From positions 56,792,001-56,856,000 of the forward strand of contig NC_087440.1 of the NCBI RefSeq assembly GCF_036321535.1: a stretch of DNA of 64,000 nt, written 5' to 3'. This document shows positions 12,938 to 25,245 of the stretch, in pieces. Under the pieces are notes generated by a model. The model was given only the letters and a program-made list of their open reading frames with translations. It was not told the origin of the DNA and ran no database searches. A program made the translations under genes and the position numbers. Each line of letters begins with the position of its first letter. Positions within the stretch are counted from its first letter, which is position 1. Source of the DNA: Camelus dromedarius. Lineage: Eukaryota.

Positions 12938-14394
12938 TTTTATTGAAGTATAGTCAGTTTACAATGTTGTGTCAATTTCTTACGTACAGCATAATAGTTC
13001 AGTCATACATATACATACATATATTTGTTTTCATATTCTTTTTCATTATAGGTTACCACAAGATATTGAATATAGTTCCCTGTACTATACAGTATAAACT
13101 TGTTGTTTATCTATTTTACGTATGTTAGTATCTGCAAGTCTAGAACTCTCAATTTATCCCTTCTTACCTCCTTTTCTCCCAGTAACCATAGTTTGTTTTC
13201 TATATCTGTGAGTTTGTTACTGTTTTGTAAATAAGTTCATTTCTCTTTCTTTTTTTAGATTCCATGTATGAGTGATATCATATGGTATTTTTCTTTCTCT
13301 TTCTGGCTTTCTTCACTTAGAATGACAATCTCCAGGTCCATCCATGTTGCTGCAAATGGCATTATTTTATTATTTTTTATGGCTGAGTAGTAGTCTATTG
13401 TATAAATATACTACAACTTCTGTTGTTGGACATTTAGGTTATTTCTATGTCTTGGCTATTGTAAAAAGTGATGTTGTGAACATTGGGGTGCATGTAACTT
13501 TTTGAATTAATATGTGGNNNNNNNNNNNNNNNNNNNNNNNNNNNNNNNNNNNNNNNNNNNNNNNNNNNNNNNNNNNNNNNNNNNNNNNNNNNNNNNNNNN
13601 NNNNNNNNNNNNNNNNNNNNNNNNNNNNNNNNNNNNNNNNNNNNNNNNNNNNNNNNNNACCTTCTCCAGCATTTATTGTNNNNNNNNNNNNNNNNNNNNN
13701 NNNNNNNNNNNNNNNNNNNNNNNNNNNNNNNNNNNNNNNNNNNNNNNNNNNNNNNNNNNNNNNNNNNNNNNNNNNNNNNNNNNNNNNNNNNNNNNNNNNN
13801 NNNNNNNNNNNNNNNNNNNNNNNNNNNNNAGGTCTTCTGCCAATTTTTGAATTGGGTTGTTTTTTTCTTATTAAGTTGTATGAGCTGTTTATACATTCTG
13901 GAAATTAAGCCCTTGTCAGCCTCATCTTTTGCAAATATTTTGTCCCATTCCATAGGTTGTCTTTTTTTTTTTTTTTTTTTTTTTTTTGCTTATGGTTTCC
14001 TTTGCTGTGTAAAAGCTTGTAAATTTAATTAGGTCCCATTTGTTTATTTTTGCTTTTATTTCTGTTGTCTGGGTAGACTGCCCTAGGAGACCATTGCTGA
14101 GATTTATGTCACAGAATGCTTTGCCTATGTTTCCTTGTAAGAGAGGTTTATAGTGTCATGTCTTGTCTTATGTTTAAGTCTTTTTGAGTTTATTTTTGTG
14201 TACATGTGAGGGAATATTCTAACTTCATTGATTTATATGCAGTTGTCCAGTTATCCCAATACCATTTGCTGAAGAAACTGTCTTTATTCCATTGTATATT
14301 ACTGCCTCCTTTGTCAAATATTAATTGACCAAAAGCCTGTGGGTTTATTCTGAGTTCTCTCTTCTGTTCCATTGATCCATTTGTCTGTTTTTAT
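12938..14394 (-). mobile_element. Young camelid L1, 5'-truncated (ORF2 C-terminus + 3'UTR), two N gaps
   Basis: ORF2-like peptides ([22 protein letters not shown]; QLIFDKGGSNIQW); 15-bp TSD actgttct(a/g)ttactt at 12923-12937/14395-14409. Confidence 0.92.
13518..13829. other. Assembly gaps 13518-13658 and 13680-13829 (others at 33521-33652, 41138-41266, 48597-48775)
   Basis: Runs of N read directly. Confidence 1.
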
Positions 14395-14551
14395 ACTGTT
14401 CTGTTACTTAAAAAAAAAATTTTCCTTTTGCTGATCAAAATGTTGATGGTATAGCTATGTACCCAGAAAGACCAAGGCAATCAACTTAACAACTATGAGA
14501 GCTAATGAGAAAATTAAGGTGACCTGAATGAGATTCAGATCGCAACTGCTT

Positions 14552-14975
14552 TGTATTAGTCAGGGAGCTGGCAGGATGGCCCACATATTCAAAAGAGGTG
14601 ACTGAAGGGACTGTTTATACAGGTGTGAGTAGGGTTAAGTACTCAAGATCTAACTACAGCAGGAAGCCAAAAGGTCAAAGGAAAGCCGCATTTTCTAGAA
14701 CTCAGGGAGACTTAGAGCTGTGTGAGAGGTCCATCTAATGGGAGCTGAGGTTTTTGGTACAGGAATGCTGCCCCATCAGCCCATGGCCCAGCAGGGAGGG
14801 AGTCAAATGAAGAAATACTTCAATGTCTCTCTCCTCCCATCTTTTGAATCTTCTGCCAATGCCTCCCATTGGCCAAAGTCAACCAAAAGCCAGATGGTTA
14901 AGGAAGAGCAGTTGATGGAGCCAATAATCAGCCTTGCAGAGCTGACTATTGGTTCATTGGCACAAAGAACCCAAA
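14552..14975. mobile_element. MaLR solo LTR (MLT1J/K-like)
   Basis: tgtattagtcaggg...gaagggactgtttatacaggtgtgagtagggttaag...cctcccattggccaaa. Confidence 0.6.
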
Positions 14976-16029
14976 TTGACTAGAGGGAAATCCCAGCTTC
15001 CAATTTAATGGAACATCGACTGTGTTCACTGGTGGAACCACTTCTCCCTTGGGCAGGATGTCTTTCAGAACCATGAAGCTCAAGGTTGCAGCATCAACAT
15101 AGAGAGTCAGGACTCCTAAAGTGGGTTATTAAATCTAACAGTGAGAGGAGACTCTTCTGCTTCCACCCCTTGCTTTCCAGACATGAGCACTCTGGCCATG
15201 AGGAGGTCGCACTGTATGTTTACCTTGGATTTATTGCCTATATTCTGTCTTGCAGAAAGGCACTCCATCTGCAGAATTAGACTCTAGGTTTGGCTTTCGG
15301 AAATCTCAGCTCTGAGTCTATGGGGATATGGTTTCTTTCAGAGAAGTCATAGGAGCTTTCTGATAACTTATACAGACTTTTACCTAGAAATGCAAAGCCT
15401 AAGCTCATCAGTTTTTTTCTCCAAGCACTCCACCTCACTTACAAGTAAGCAACCACCCCACAGTTTATACCTTATTTCCAGTAACATGTTCTCCAACAGC
15501 AACTACTTAGTCATCCAAAGCCTTTACCTTCTGTAGGTTCTTGACTCTAGGTGACTACAGAGAGTACCTTAGGCAACTGTCTTGTCACTGTATGCCATGT
15601 GTACCTTTTACCAATAGAAATGGCCATGAATGCCTTAGATCTAGTGAATCAGAAAACCAATTCCAGATTCCCATCCTTACTCTTCTGCTTCCCCAGAAAC
15701 GTTTCTGGTATCAGTAACTTTTTCAATCTAGGCTTAGGCGGGAGAATTAGAGTCCCTGTGAGAATGCTGGGACAGGGATTTATCACAGGAATTAGACCTT
15801 ATGTAATTATGGAGGGAGACACAGAAGTGAAGATCAGGAATTGGCAGTGCCTCCTAAGACAACAGCCTTTCCAGTCTTTACAGTAAGTTTTATCCATCCT
15901 CCCTAAATATTCTTGCATTGCAAATCCAGCCACCAGAGGGAACTGTGTTTTGTTTGTTTCCACAGCCAAATTAAAGACTCTATCCATGAGACAAAAGGAC
16001 ATTGTTTCAACCTGCTGCATATTATTGAA

Positions 16030-16200
16030 TCTGTTCATTCATTCAACAAAATATTTCTTAGGCACCTACTGATCTGGGGACTGGAGATACAATAGTCAAC
16101 AAAACAGATAGAAAATGCATGCCTCATGGAGCTCACGCTCTAAGAAGGAAAGACAATAAACTGGGCAATTCAATTGTTACAGGAGGTTGGGAGATGAAGG
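16030..16200 (-). mobile_element. L2 3' end
   Basis: ttcattcattcaacaaaatatttcttaggcacctact...cctcatggagctcac. Confidence 0.7.
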
Positions 16201-16689
16201 GAAGGGCTAGCAAAAGGAAACTGACAAGGTTGGGGCCCAAATCCCCCAAACTGGGCGTTGCTGCCTCTGGCCTTGCTGGTCTCCCACAGTCCTGCCTAAC
16301 CTCACCTTATGTACATAGTCTTTCACTGCACCCCCATACTAGCCCCACCTTCCTATCAGATGACTCCTTTCTCTCTGTTCTTGCAACAGGCCTCGTCTTT
16401 CCTGAAAATTGAGCATCCCCACACCCTCAGCAGTTTCTGCGGGAGCTGCTCCCAGCGCCTCCCCGAGGCCTCCCTCTTTGCTTCTGGGCTGTGACGCATT
16501 CACAGGGTGAGTCTGCAGCCTCATATATTCCTGGCACATCTCCTTCTGCTGCAGGACCCCTTCGCCTCTTTCACAGGCACGCAGCATCAGTGATACAGTC
16601 ACCGCCTCTGGTCCTGATTTGCAAATTTACATTTTCCATGGGGTGAATCTCGTGCCGAGTGAGCAAAGGGAAGCAGTATCCCACTTGAC

Positions 16690-16724
<35 letters not shown>

Positions 16725-17939
16725 TCAGGTTGCCAGGGCAGAGAGAACCTGCACAGTTGGGAAATCTAGATAAGAAGGGCTACAGAAAATAGACTGAGGT
16801 TGGGCAGGGCGACAATTTGGAAGTGGACGTCACATATTTTGCCTTGGAGAAATGGACAAATCTTACCTCCCACTCATAACAGGATTGGGGTATTATTCTG
16901 CCTCCGGAAGAAAGGGTGATTGTCAGGGTGCAGCTCAGACACTCCTCCTGGGGATGTTGACGTTTCCCAGTGCTGAGGACAAGGGCAAGCTTAGTCCTGG
17001 TTTCAGAACACATGTCATAGGACCCACCCTTCCTTTTACCCAGGGGCCCAAGGGCATGCTAGGTGTTGTGTGTGTGCGTGCTTGCAAGGTCTAGAGGCAG
17101 CATGTGGTCTAAAGCTTTGGAAATTGTGCCCCCAAAGCCTAGAATCATGCTTTGGATCCTGTCTGACCCTGTTACTCAAGGTGATTAGGGGCCAGCACTG
17201 CCTCCTGAGCACACCAGCAGGGGGTGGGCTGTGAAGCTGGTGTGGAGCCGACTCAAGCCTCACTGACTGTCCAGCTCCTCCAGCACAGTCAGTCTTCAGT
17301 GGTCACATCACCTGCTGTGGGGGTCTAGGTTTCCAGGCAGAGTGGTCAGGTTACTTTTGAGTAATCGCTGGTCTGATTTTTCCAGTCAAGGCTGATTTCT
17401 ATTCCAGAGTCAACTCTCAGTAAGTTCTCCTGGGAGTCTAAGGAAACAGTTGTAAAGCACTTTTCATGCCTACAGCCCTGAGAGTGCTTCACAGGTGAGC
17501 AACAGGCTCAAAGAGGTCACACAGGAAGTGTACGGAGGATTCAGATATCCTGACCCCAAAGCTTGTATTTTCATACTACATTTTGCCCAGTGGACTGCAA
17601 AATATTTGTCCAAAAGATTTTTTGAGTTTATTATTTACCTGGGAATTTGTTTGTAATTCTGATGTGATGGAAACCTTTCTGTAGAATGGTACAAGGCAGC
17701 ATATTTTATTGGAAAGAGCACTAGATTTAAACTCATGAGCCTTAAATTCAAGTCCCAGGTTGGCCACTAGATGGCTTTGTGACCCTGAACCAGCTTCTTA
17801 ACCTCTCTGGCCTTAGAGTCTATTATGTAAGGGGCTCAAACTTGACATTTGTGCTGTTTTATAGCTCTCGGATTCTCAAGGGAATCTCATCCTATAGGGG
17901 AAAATCATGCAGGTGCCACTGAAGACAGACCTTCTTTTG

Positions 17940-18066
17940 ATTTTTTTAAACAATTTTTTAAGGTACTAAGCCATTATTTTATTTCACTTTTTTGTTTTTT
18001 TGAGGGGGGTAATTAGGTTTGTTTACTTATGGAAGTACTGGGGTTTGAACCCAGGACCTCCTTGCA
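17940..18066 (-). mobile_element. 5'-truncated camelid tRNA-derived SINE
   Basis: aattaggtttgtttacttatggaagtactggggtttgaacccaggacctc plus T-rich tail. Confidence 0.8.
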
Positions 18067-19179
18067 TTCATTTTTTGGGGGTTCCTTAAATGAGATTTCT
18101 TTGCTTTCTCCATGAATTACTAAAGATTTGATATCCAGGCTGCCCTCTTCTAACTGGTTCTGCAATCTTATGCAAACCTCCCTGAGTCTCACTTTTCTCA
18201 TATCTAAAATGAGGTTAAGAGAAGAAAATCTCTTGCATCCATCCCAGGTCCAAAAGTCTATAATTCTTTCATATTATATTGGTTCAGAAAATGGGAAAAA
18301 GTACTTCATTCAAATATTTTCTGAGTTTCAGAATCTGTTTCTCATTGTTTGAATTTTGGAGTTTAAACCCTCCTGCTACAAGAAAAGAAGCAATCAGTCA
18401 TTCTTGAGACACATGGTTGGGAAGTTATGCTTGAGCTGAAGAAGTATACTGCCTTGTGGTAGCTATTGAGTGTGGGCCCCTGTGGCCAATTTTTATGCTA
18501 CACAGCCAAATCTTGGAACAAATGGAAGTTTGGGGAATGAGAGAGTCAGAAACAGCCTGTGGGCTTATAGAGCAGGTCAACTATTGAAAATATAGTTCAT
18601 TTAATAGATTACAAGATAGACCAAGAGACTTATACACTTGAAGGTTGTTTCTAGGCACTTCCTGAATATTCTGCAATGAATGTGAACAGGGATCTAGTGT
18701 CTGGCATCGAACTGATACTTAAAACTCTGCTGAGTGAGTAAATGCACGAATCAGTGAGCGACCTATGCTGATTCATTCGTCTTTTCTACTTAATAGGATT
18801 GAATCAATTGCGTCTTCTTCATTCTTTCTCTCTTCTTCTCTCCCCTGGTTTGAAAGTTATGCATACTTTTCATATTCTTTTAGTGGCTGCCCTTACTTCT
18901 GCTTTCCACCAGACACAGAAGATGTACGTCTCCTTAAATTTAATTCCTGGTCCCGTGTTCCCCTCCAAAGAGGCAGCCGCTGTTAGACTCTCATTATTTT
19001 TCCTGAGATATAGAGATAGATTTTCTATGGGGCAAATGAAGCTCAAGTTCAGGGTCCCTCATTTGCACACTCTAACATTTTAGTACATATTTTCCAAGAG
19101 TGAAGTTAATTATTATCTCCACCCTCCTGCCATAAAGAGATGCAATTCACACATAAAGAGTTGCATGATCTTTCTAGTT

Positions 19180-19530
19180 TATATGGACAGAGGTCTGGAG
19201 AATATGTGTGGGAATGGATATTGACAGAGTGTAATTAAGGTAGAAGGAATATAAAGTTGAAAAGTCTTTAAAGTGAGGCTGAGGTTTTGAGAGGGGGAGC
19301 GGATAGAGGAAGGAGGAAGGACAAAGAGAGAAAAAATTCCACCTGTGCACAGCCATCTTGGTGCATGCCCATGGCTTCCAGGCTTCTCTTGATCTTCCCA
19401 TCCTAACTGCCTTTCCTATGGATTTTGAACTTGTTTAGCCAGCCCCTACCATTTTATAAGCCAGTTCCTTGTAGTAAGTCTCTTAATATGTTATCTCCTA
19501 TCAGTTCTACTTCTCTGGTTGAGCCCTAGT
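19180..19530 (+). mobile_element. ERVL internal fragment plus MLT2-type LTR 3' part
   Basis: gagaatatgtgtgggaatggata (ERVL-int-like); cctatggattttgaacttgtttagccagcccc...ttctctggttgagccct (MLT2 3' end). Confidence 0.7.
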
Positions 19531-22496
19531 GTTCAGTGTGTCCCCTGGTTTCAAAGTGCACGTTTCCAAGTTGTTCTGTTCCTGCCTTCCTGATGGTTCT
19601 GCTCTGAATTTATCTCTTTGAACATTTTGCAAATTTTTATTTGGGAGTCTTTCAAAATGATTCCCTTATTTTGAGTTCTTGGTTGCATCTTCTCCCCTCT
19701 GCTGGATTGATACCTCTTTATTCATGTGCCGTGCAGTTTTTGAGTATGAACTTCGCTTCAGCAGCAGTTGTTCCTTCTGAAGACCTGCGTGACTTGGGTC
19801 ATGAAGTGTCCTCTGGTTGAATTGTCCCTGTAGTAACGTTTCTCTGAGTTTTAGAATCCCAGCCTCAGAGGTTCTGGGCTAATCTGACAACTTGGTGAAC
19901 TATTTGGATCCTGTTTCCTCTCACTCCTCTAACTTATAGTTGATTCTTTATTTCTGACTCCAGAAGATTTATCTTTTCTGGTTTCGAGCTTATTGTAATG
20001 CAGCATTTGAAGAACAGGGAGATTTCTGACATCAGTTTAATCCACCACATTCACTAGGAATGACCCTTAATGTAGTTTAAGAAAAATTACAATACATCCT
20101 TAGTGTAGTTTACGTTCTTTATGTCCAGACTCTCTGAACAGATTCCCCATTTATCCTTAAAGACTATTTCAAAGGCTTCCTTGGAGAAGACTCCTCTCCT
20201 CCCCGCAGAGTCTGCCTCTTTGTCCTCATACAACACTCTTTTCATCTGGAATTTACTCCTTACCCTCAGGTAGGCAAAGATATGTAGTTTATTTTCTGCA
20301 GTGAGTATGACCTTCCTCTTTTCCCTAGTGCCCATTTTCCCTAAAATTGGGAAGGAGAGAAGGCAATGCTCTGGTCATCTGAAGAATTTAAGATTTATTT
20401 CATCCTTAGTGAAGTGGTCAATTTTGATTCCATTTCACTGAGTAGCCTGAACTATAATGTTCTTTATTTCCCTCTTTGTTTGTCAAGGCAATGGCAGGGA
20501 AAGGGATGCTGAGAAGAGCAGAGATTGAGAGAGGAGCTGTTTCTATTCCTTCCCCTCTGTCTAGCCTCCTGCATCAGCCTCTGCCCAGTTCCCTGAATAT
20601 AGACCCTCTCGTGCTGAATGAGGCTCATTGAAATGTAAGTGACTCAGCAGCCTGGAGTCTTAGATGGAGACTTTTTTATCCCTTCTGTTTATCTCCACAT
20701 GGAGATTGTCACTTACAAAGGCCATGGAGATAGGAGAACCCTTAAAATCTAACAAGACTAGGAAGAAGATGGATATTCTTACCGAAATGCTTTGCAGAGA
20801 TGTGCTGGCTGGGGTTTGGTCATTATAGCTAGAAAGTGCTGGTTGTCTTTCAAACATTCCGTCTGAGGGATTTTGCCTCTCCTTTACTACAGTGAGGATG
20901 TGAATTGATCCCTTTTCTTTCTATTCAGGGGCACCAGAGAAAGATGCAGAATTACTTATCACTCACAATGAGGGGAAGACCCAGGAAAGGCAGGACTTTG
21001 AAGAAGGAAAAGATATGGGGAGGCAGATGAAAAGGACTGAGGACCCAGGGGTGGTGGGAGAGACGGAGGGTGTGAGGAGCAGGGAATAAGGGAATCTGCT
21101 GATGGGAGGTTAGTTAGGAGGTTCTGATCAGGGGCCTGGACCAAGACCCCATACCAAGGAGAGAGTACTTAAGAGACATGCTGAACAGACAAGAGATGTC
21201 ACCCATGGATTGTCGTGGTTAGGAACTTTTCACTGGACTAGAAGTGAAGACTGGCCAAACTAGATTGTGTGTCCGTGCTTCACTGGCTGACAGTAAGATC
21301 ATTTTGTTTTCAATTAAACCACCCCTCCCTTTGCAATCATGAGCATAGCGGCAGGATTCCAGTAGAAAAAGAGGAGTCATGTGTTAGAGTAAAAACAGCC
21401 ATAGATTTAGAAGATTCCGACTTAATCACACTGCTTCTGACATCGTCCTCTTGATTCTCTCTAGCCCCACCGTCAACCGCAGCAAGTCAGATTTCATGGA
21501 TATGAGCAAGTAGCATTGAGCTATTTTCACAATTTATTAACCCGCTGCACCTGCCAGCAGCATCATGAATTATTTGTGTTGCACTTAACACACAGAGGAA
21601 AGAATGCAACAGCTATTTTTCGTTGGCCAAACTTACGGGTAACTTTTTGGCCAGTCAGCTATTATTTGATTAATTGACTCCTCAGTTAACCATGCACCTT
21701 GGTTAAAAGATAGTTGATGATGAAATTAAATTGGAAGGTTTCATGAATCAAGGCATTCACATCAAAGAAAAACATTCATTTCACAAACTGCAAGACTTTT
21801 TATAAATTACCACTGTGCAAATGGGTACTTTAAAACTGATGTTCTGAGTTCTGGTTAATTTTCAGAATTTCTGTTATTTTAATTTTATAAGTGATGTGCT
21901 GTGTTAGGGAATTGGTGCTTTACTTACATTCTGGGCATGAAACTCTCCTGGTTATCTGTAACAGCAGACCCTTGTTCTACTTTCTCATCCAAATAAGAAC
22001 AAAGATAGTAGAAAAACAATGGTTGGAGGGGAAACAGCCAAAGACATCTGCTTACCAGTTTGCCATTTATTATAGGCACTGGCCTTGAAATTCAACAGCA
22101 AATGTGATACACTGATTTGGGAAGAGAGAACAGACACTACTGCTTTTGTGAAAACTAATGCCTTTGCCCAGGTTGAGATAGAAAGTTAAGTCTAGTGAAA
22201 AGAGCATTGGACCAGGAGTCAGCCAGGGCCCAGACCAGAGATCTGCCATAAGCTAACATGGAATCTTGGACAGGCATTTCTCTCCTCGGAGTTTTGGTTT
22301 TCTCAAGCGTAAAGTGAGGGGCTGACTTACATAAGATCTAAGATCCTTTCCCACTCTGGCCTTCTATAGTGCCATGTCAATGATTCCCCCACCTTCCTCA
22401 TCACTCAAAGATGTGAGTCTGGGAATAGACAGCTGGGGCGGGGGGGGGGGGGGGTTGCGCACACGTGCATGCACACTTCTCTTTTCCAGCCGCTTC

Positions 22497-22663
22497 TTTT
22501 TTTTTTTTTAATATTTTGTTTATTATTGTATTATTTAATTATTTTATTTTGGTTGGTGGGAGGCAATTAGGTTTATTTATTTTTAGAGGAGGTACTGGGG
22601 ATTGAACCCAAGGCCTCAAGCATGTTAAGCATGTGCTCTACCACTTGAGCTATACCCTCCCCC
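22497..22663 (-). mobile_element. Camelid tRNA-derived SINE (Vic-1 type), full length
   Basis: gaggaggtactggggattgaaccca...ctctaccacttgagctataccctcccc; TSD-like ccagc(c/t)gct. Confidence 0.9.
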
Positions 22664-22698
22664 TCCAGCTGCTGATTGACAAAATGATACAACCTCTC

Positions 22699-23145
22699 TG
22701 TGGTAGGCAGCCTCCATGATGGCCCCTGGTGGGATCCTTGCCTCCTGCTATTCATACCTTTCTGCAGTCCCTCCAACCCTTGCTTTGAGTCTGGGCTGGA
22801 TTTATTAGTTCATTTCTAGCAAGTAGAAAATAGTGGAAGTGATGGGCTATCCTTTCTGAGATTAAGTTACAAAAAGACTGTGGCTTCCATCTTGCTCACT
22901 TGCTCTGAGAAGAGCCAAGGCCATGTTGTGACCTGCTCTGGGAGACAGTCAGGTATGTGACAAGAAAATGATGTCTCTGTCCAACCAGTAGTGACGGAGT
23001 CCTGCCAATGTGAGTGAGCTTGTAGCAGGTCCTCTAAGCTTCATCTGGATTCCTAACACCTCAAAACTCTGATATGATAAATATGTGTTGTTTTAAGCAC
23101 TAAATTTTGGAGTAATTTATTATGCATCATTAGTTAACTAATATA
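22699..23145 (+). mobile_element. MaLR solo LTR (MLT1F-like)
   Basis: tgtggtaggcagcctcc...gagattaagttacaaaaagactgtggcttccatcttg...taaattttggagtaattt...aactaata. Confidence 0.8.
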
Positions 23146-23592
23146 CTCATCAAACACTTTGCCTTCTAACTTAGAATCTTCTCTCATGACCATTACTGGG
23201 ATTTCATTCTCCATTTTCAAATTAAGTGTATTTGGAGGGTGGGGACACTGTTATAAAAGGGGAAAAGCATCCTTTTTTGTCCTTGATTTTTAATGCTAAT
23301 AATAATAGCTTACTTTTATTGAGTATTTTCTATGTACTAAATGAGCATTAGGTGCTAATGCCCATGGCAATTCTTTGAGGATTGGTATTATTGTTCTCAT
23401 CGTAAAGATGTGGAAACTGAGATTTGGAGATGGTAATTAATGCAGAAAGTTGAATAATACACATGAAATAAAAGAGTAGTGGAGATAGAGTAGCATTGGC
23501 AAGAAAATGTATACCATCACTGCACTGTCAGCGGATTAAACTACAAAATGAGTATTGAGTTCAGGTTGGGGGCATCTCACGTTAGAAAGGAT

Positions 23593-24862
23593 GTTTATAT
23601 CACCTAGCATAACACCATCCAGGTGCATCCACTTGTTGCAAACAACAGGATTTCTGTATTTTTGTATTGTATTGTATTTTAAATATACAATAAAACATTT
23701 TCTTGATTCATTCATCCATTGAGGGACACTTAGGTTGTTTCTATACCTTGACAATTGTGAATACTGCTGCATTGAACATAGGAATTCAGATATCTCTTTG
23801 AGATAATGGTTTTATTCCTTTGGATGAATTCCCATAAGTGGCATTGCTGGATCATATGTAGTTCTATTTTTAATTTTTTAAGGGACTTCCGTGCTGTTTT
23901 CCATAGTGACAGTGCCAATTTACATTCCCATCAACAGAGAACAAGGGTTTACTTTTTTCCACATCCTCACTAGCATTTGTTATCTTTTGTCTTTTTGAAA
24001 ATAGCCATTCTAACAGGTGTGAGGTGATATCTTACTGTAGTTTTGATTATTACTTCCCTGGCAATTAGTGATGTTAAGCACCTTTTCGTGTACTGGTTGG
24101 CCATTTGTATGTCTTCTTTGGAAAAATGTCTATTTGGGTCCTTTGCCCAATTTTTTTTTTTTGCCCAATTTTTTAATTGGGTTGTTTGGTGGAGTTTTGT
24201 TTTGTTTTGTTTTGTTTTGCTATTGAGTTATGTATGTTCCTTATATATTTTTTGTAGTAATCCCTTATCAGATATGTGGTTTGCAAATATTTTCACTTAT
24301 TCCCTAAATTGTCTTACGATTTTGTTGATGGTTTCCTTTTTGTGCAAAAAAAAGCCTTTTAGCTTGATGTAGTTTCAGTTGCTTATTTTGCTTTTGTTGC
24401 TTTTGCTTTGGTGTCCAATCCAAAAAATTATTGCCAAGACCAATATTTAAGGAGCTTACTGCCTGTCTTTTCTTCTAGGAGTTTTACAGTTTCATGTCTC
24501 ACATTCAAGTCTTTAATCCATTTTGAGTTGTTTTTTGTGTATGGTGTAAGAGGCTAGACTGAGAAAGACACAGATACTGCATGGTATCACTTATATGTGG
24601 AAGGGGAAAAAAAAGTAAAACTCACAGAAATAGAGAGCGGAAAAGTGGTTGCCAGAGTCTAGGGGATGGGGGAAATAGGGAGAAGTTGGTAAGAAGCATA
24701 CAAACTTTTAGTTATAAGATGAATAATTTCTGAGGATCTAATGTATAACATGGCGGCCATAGCTGATAACACTGTATTGTATAATTCAAATTTGCTGTGA
24801 GAATACAACTTAAATGTTTTCACCAAAAATGTAAATGTGTGAGATGATGGGTATGTTAAACT
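23593..24862. mobile_element. L1 (L1MA/MB-type) with 5' inversion: antisense 23593-24552, sense 24556-24862
   Basis: Antisense ORF2 C-terminal region abuts the sense 3'UTR (gagaaagacacagatactgcatggtatcacttatatgtgg...). Confidence 0.85.
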
Positions 24863-24999
24863 GAAAAAAGGATTTTTAGAAATGGAAGTGGGATGCCCAC
24901 AGGGATATGATTATTTGGCTTAAAGGGAAAATCCTGGAGGAATATGACATGCCTCTGTGTAAGAGAAATCTGACTTCCTTGTGTGACTAGGGGAACCCG

Positions 25000-25245
25000 A
25001 GTTAAAAATCAGGTGGAAGTTTCAGAAAGGCAAATGGCAGCTCATTACAGGGAGGAACTCCAACAGTAGCAAGAACCTGAAAGAGATGGGCTACTTAAAG
25101 CAGTCACGTTTCCCCTGGGGTGCTCAGGCAAAGGCTCACTGGCCACTCCTCTGGGACAGCTTAGAGGAGACTGGGGCATTGGGCAGGGCTGCGATGAAAG
25201 TTCCTTGAAGACCTTTCCAACTAAGATCTCTTGATTCTGGACATT
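25000..25245 (+). mobile_element. L3/CR1 LINE 3' end
   Basis: aggcaaatggcagctc...ggaggaact...aagacctttccaactaagatctcttgattct resembles the L3 terminus. Confidence 0.6.

Noticed and set aside
14420-14525. Plus-strand L1 RT (FADD-region) fragment as the inverted arm of the old L1 at 11663-12922
   Set aside because: The consensus positions look roughly a kilobase apart and no TSD is visible, so I cannot link them.
16691-16721. Isolated A31 tract as a possible retrocopy tail
   Set aside because: No upstream poly(A) signal, TSD or recognisable retroelement body; slippage expansion is simpler.
22575-22663. tRNA-like sequences with A and B boxes
   Set aside because: They have AT-rich tails and TSDs and recur five times in diverged form, so they are SINE heads, not tRNA genes.
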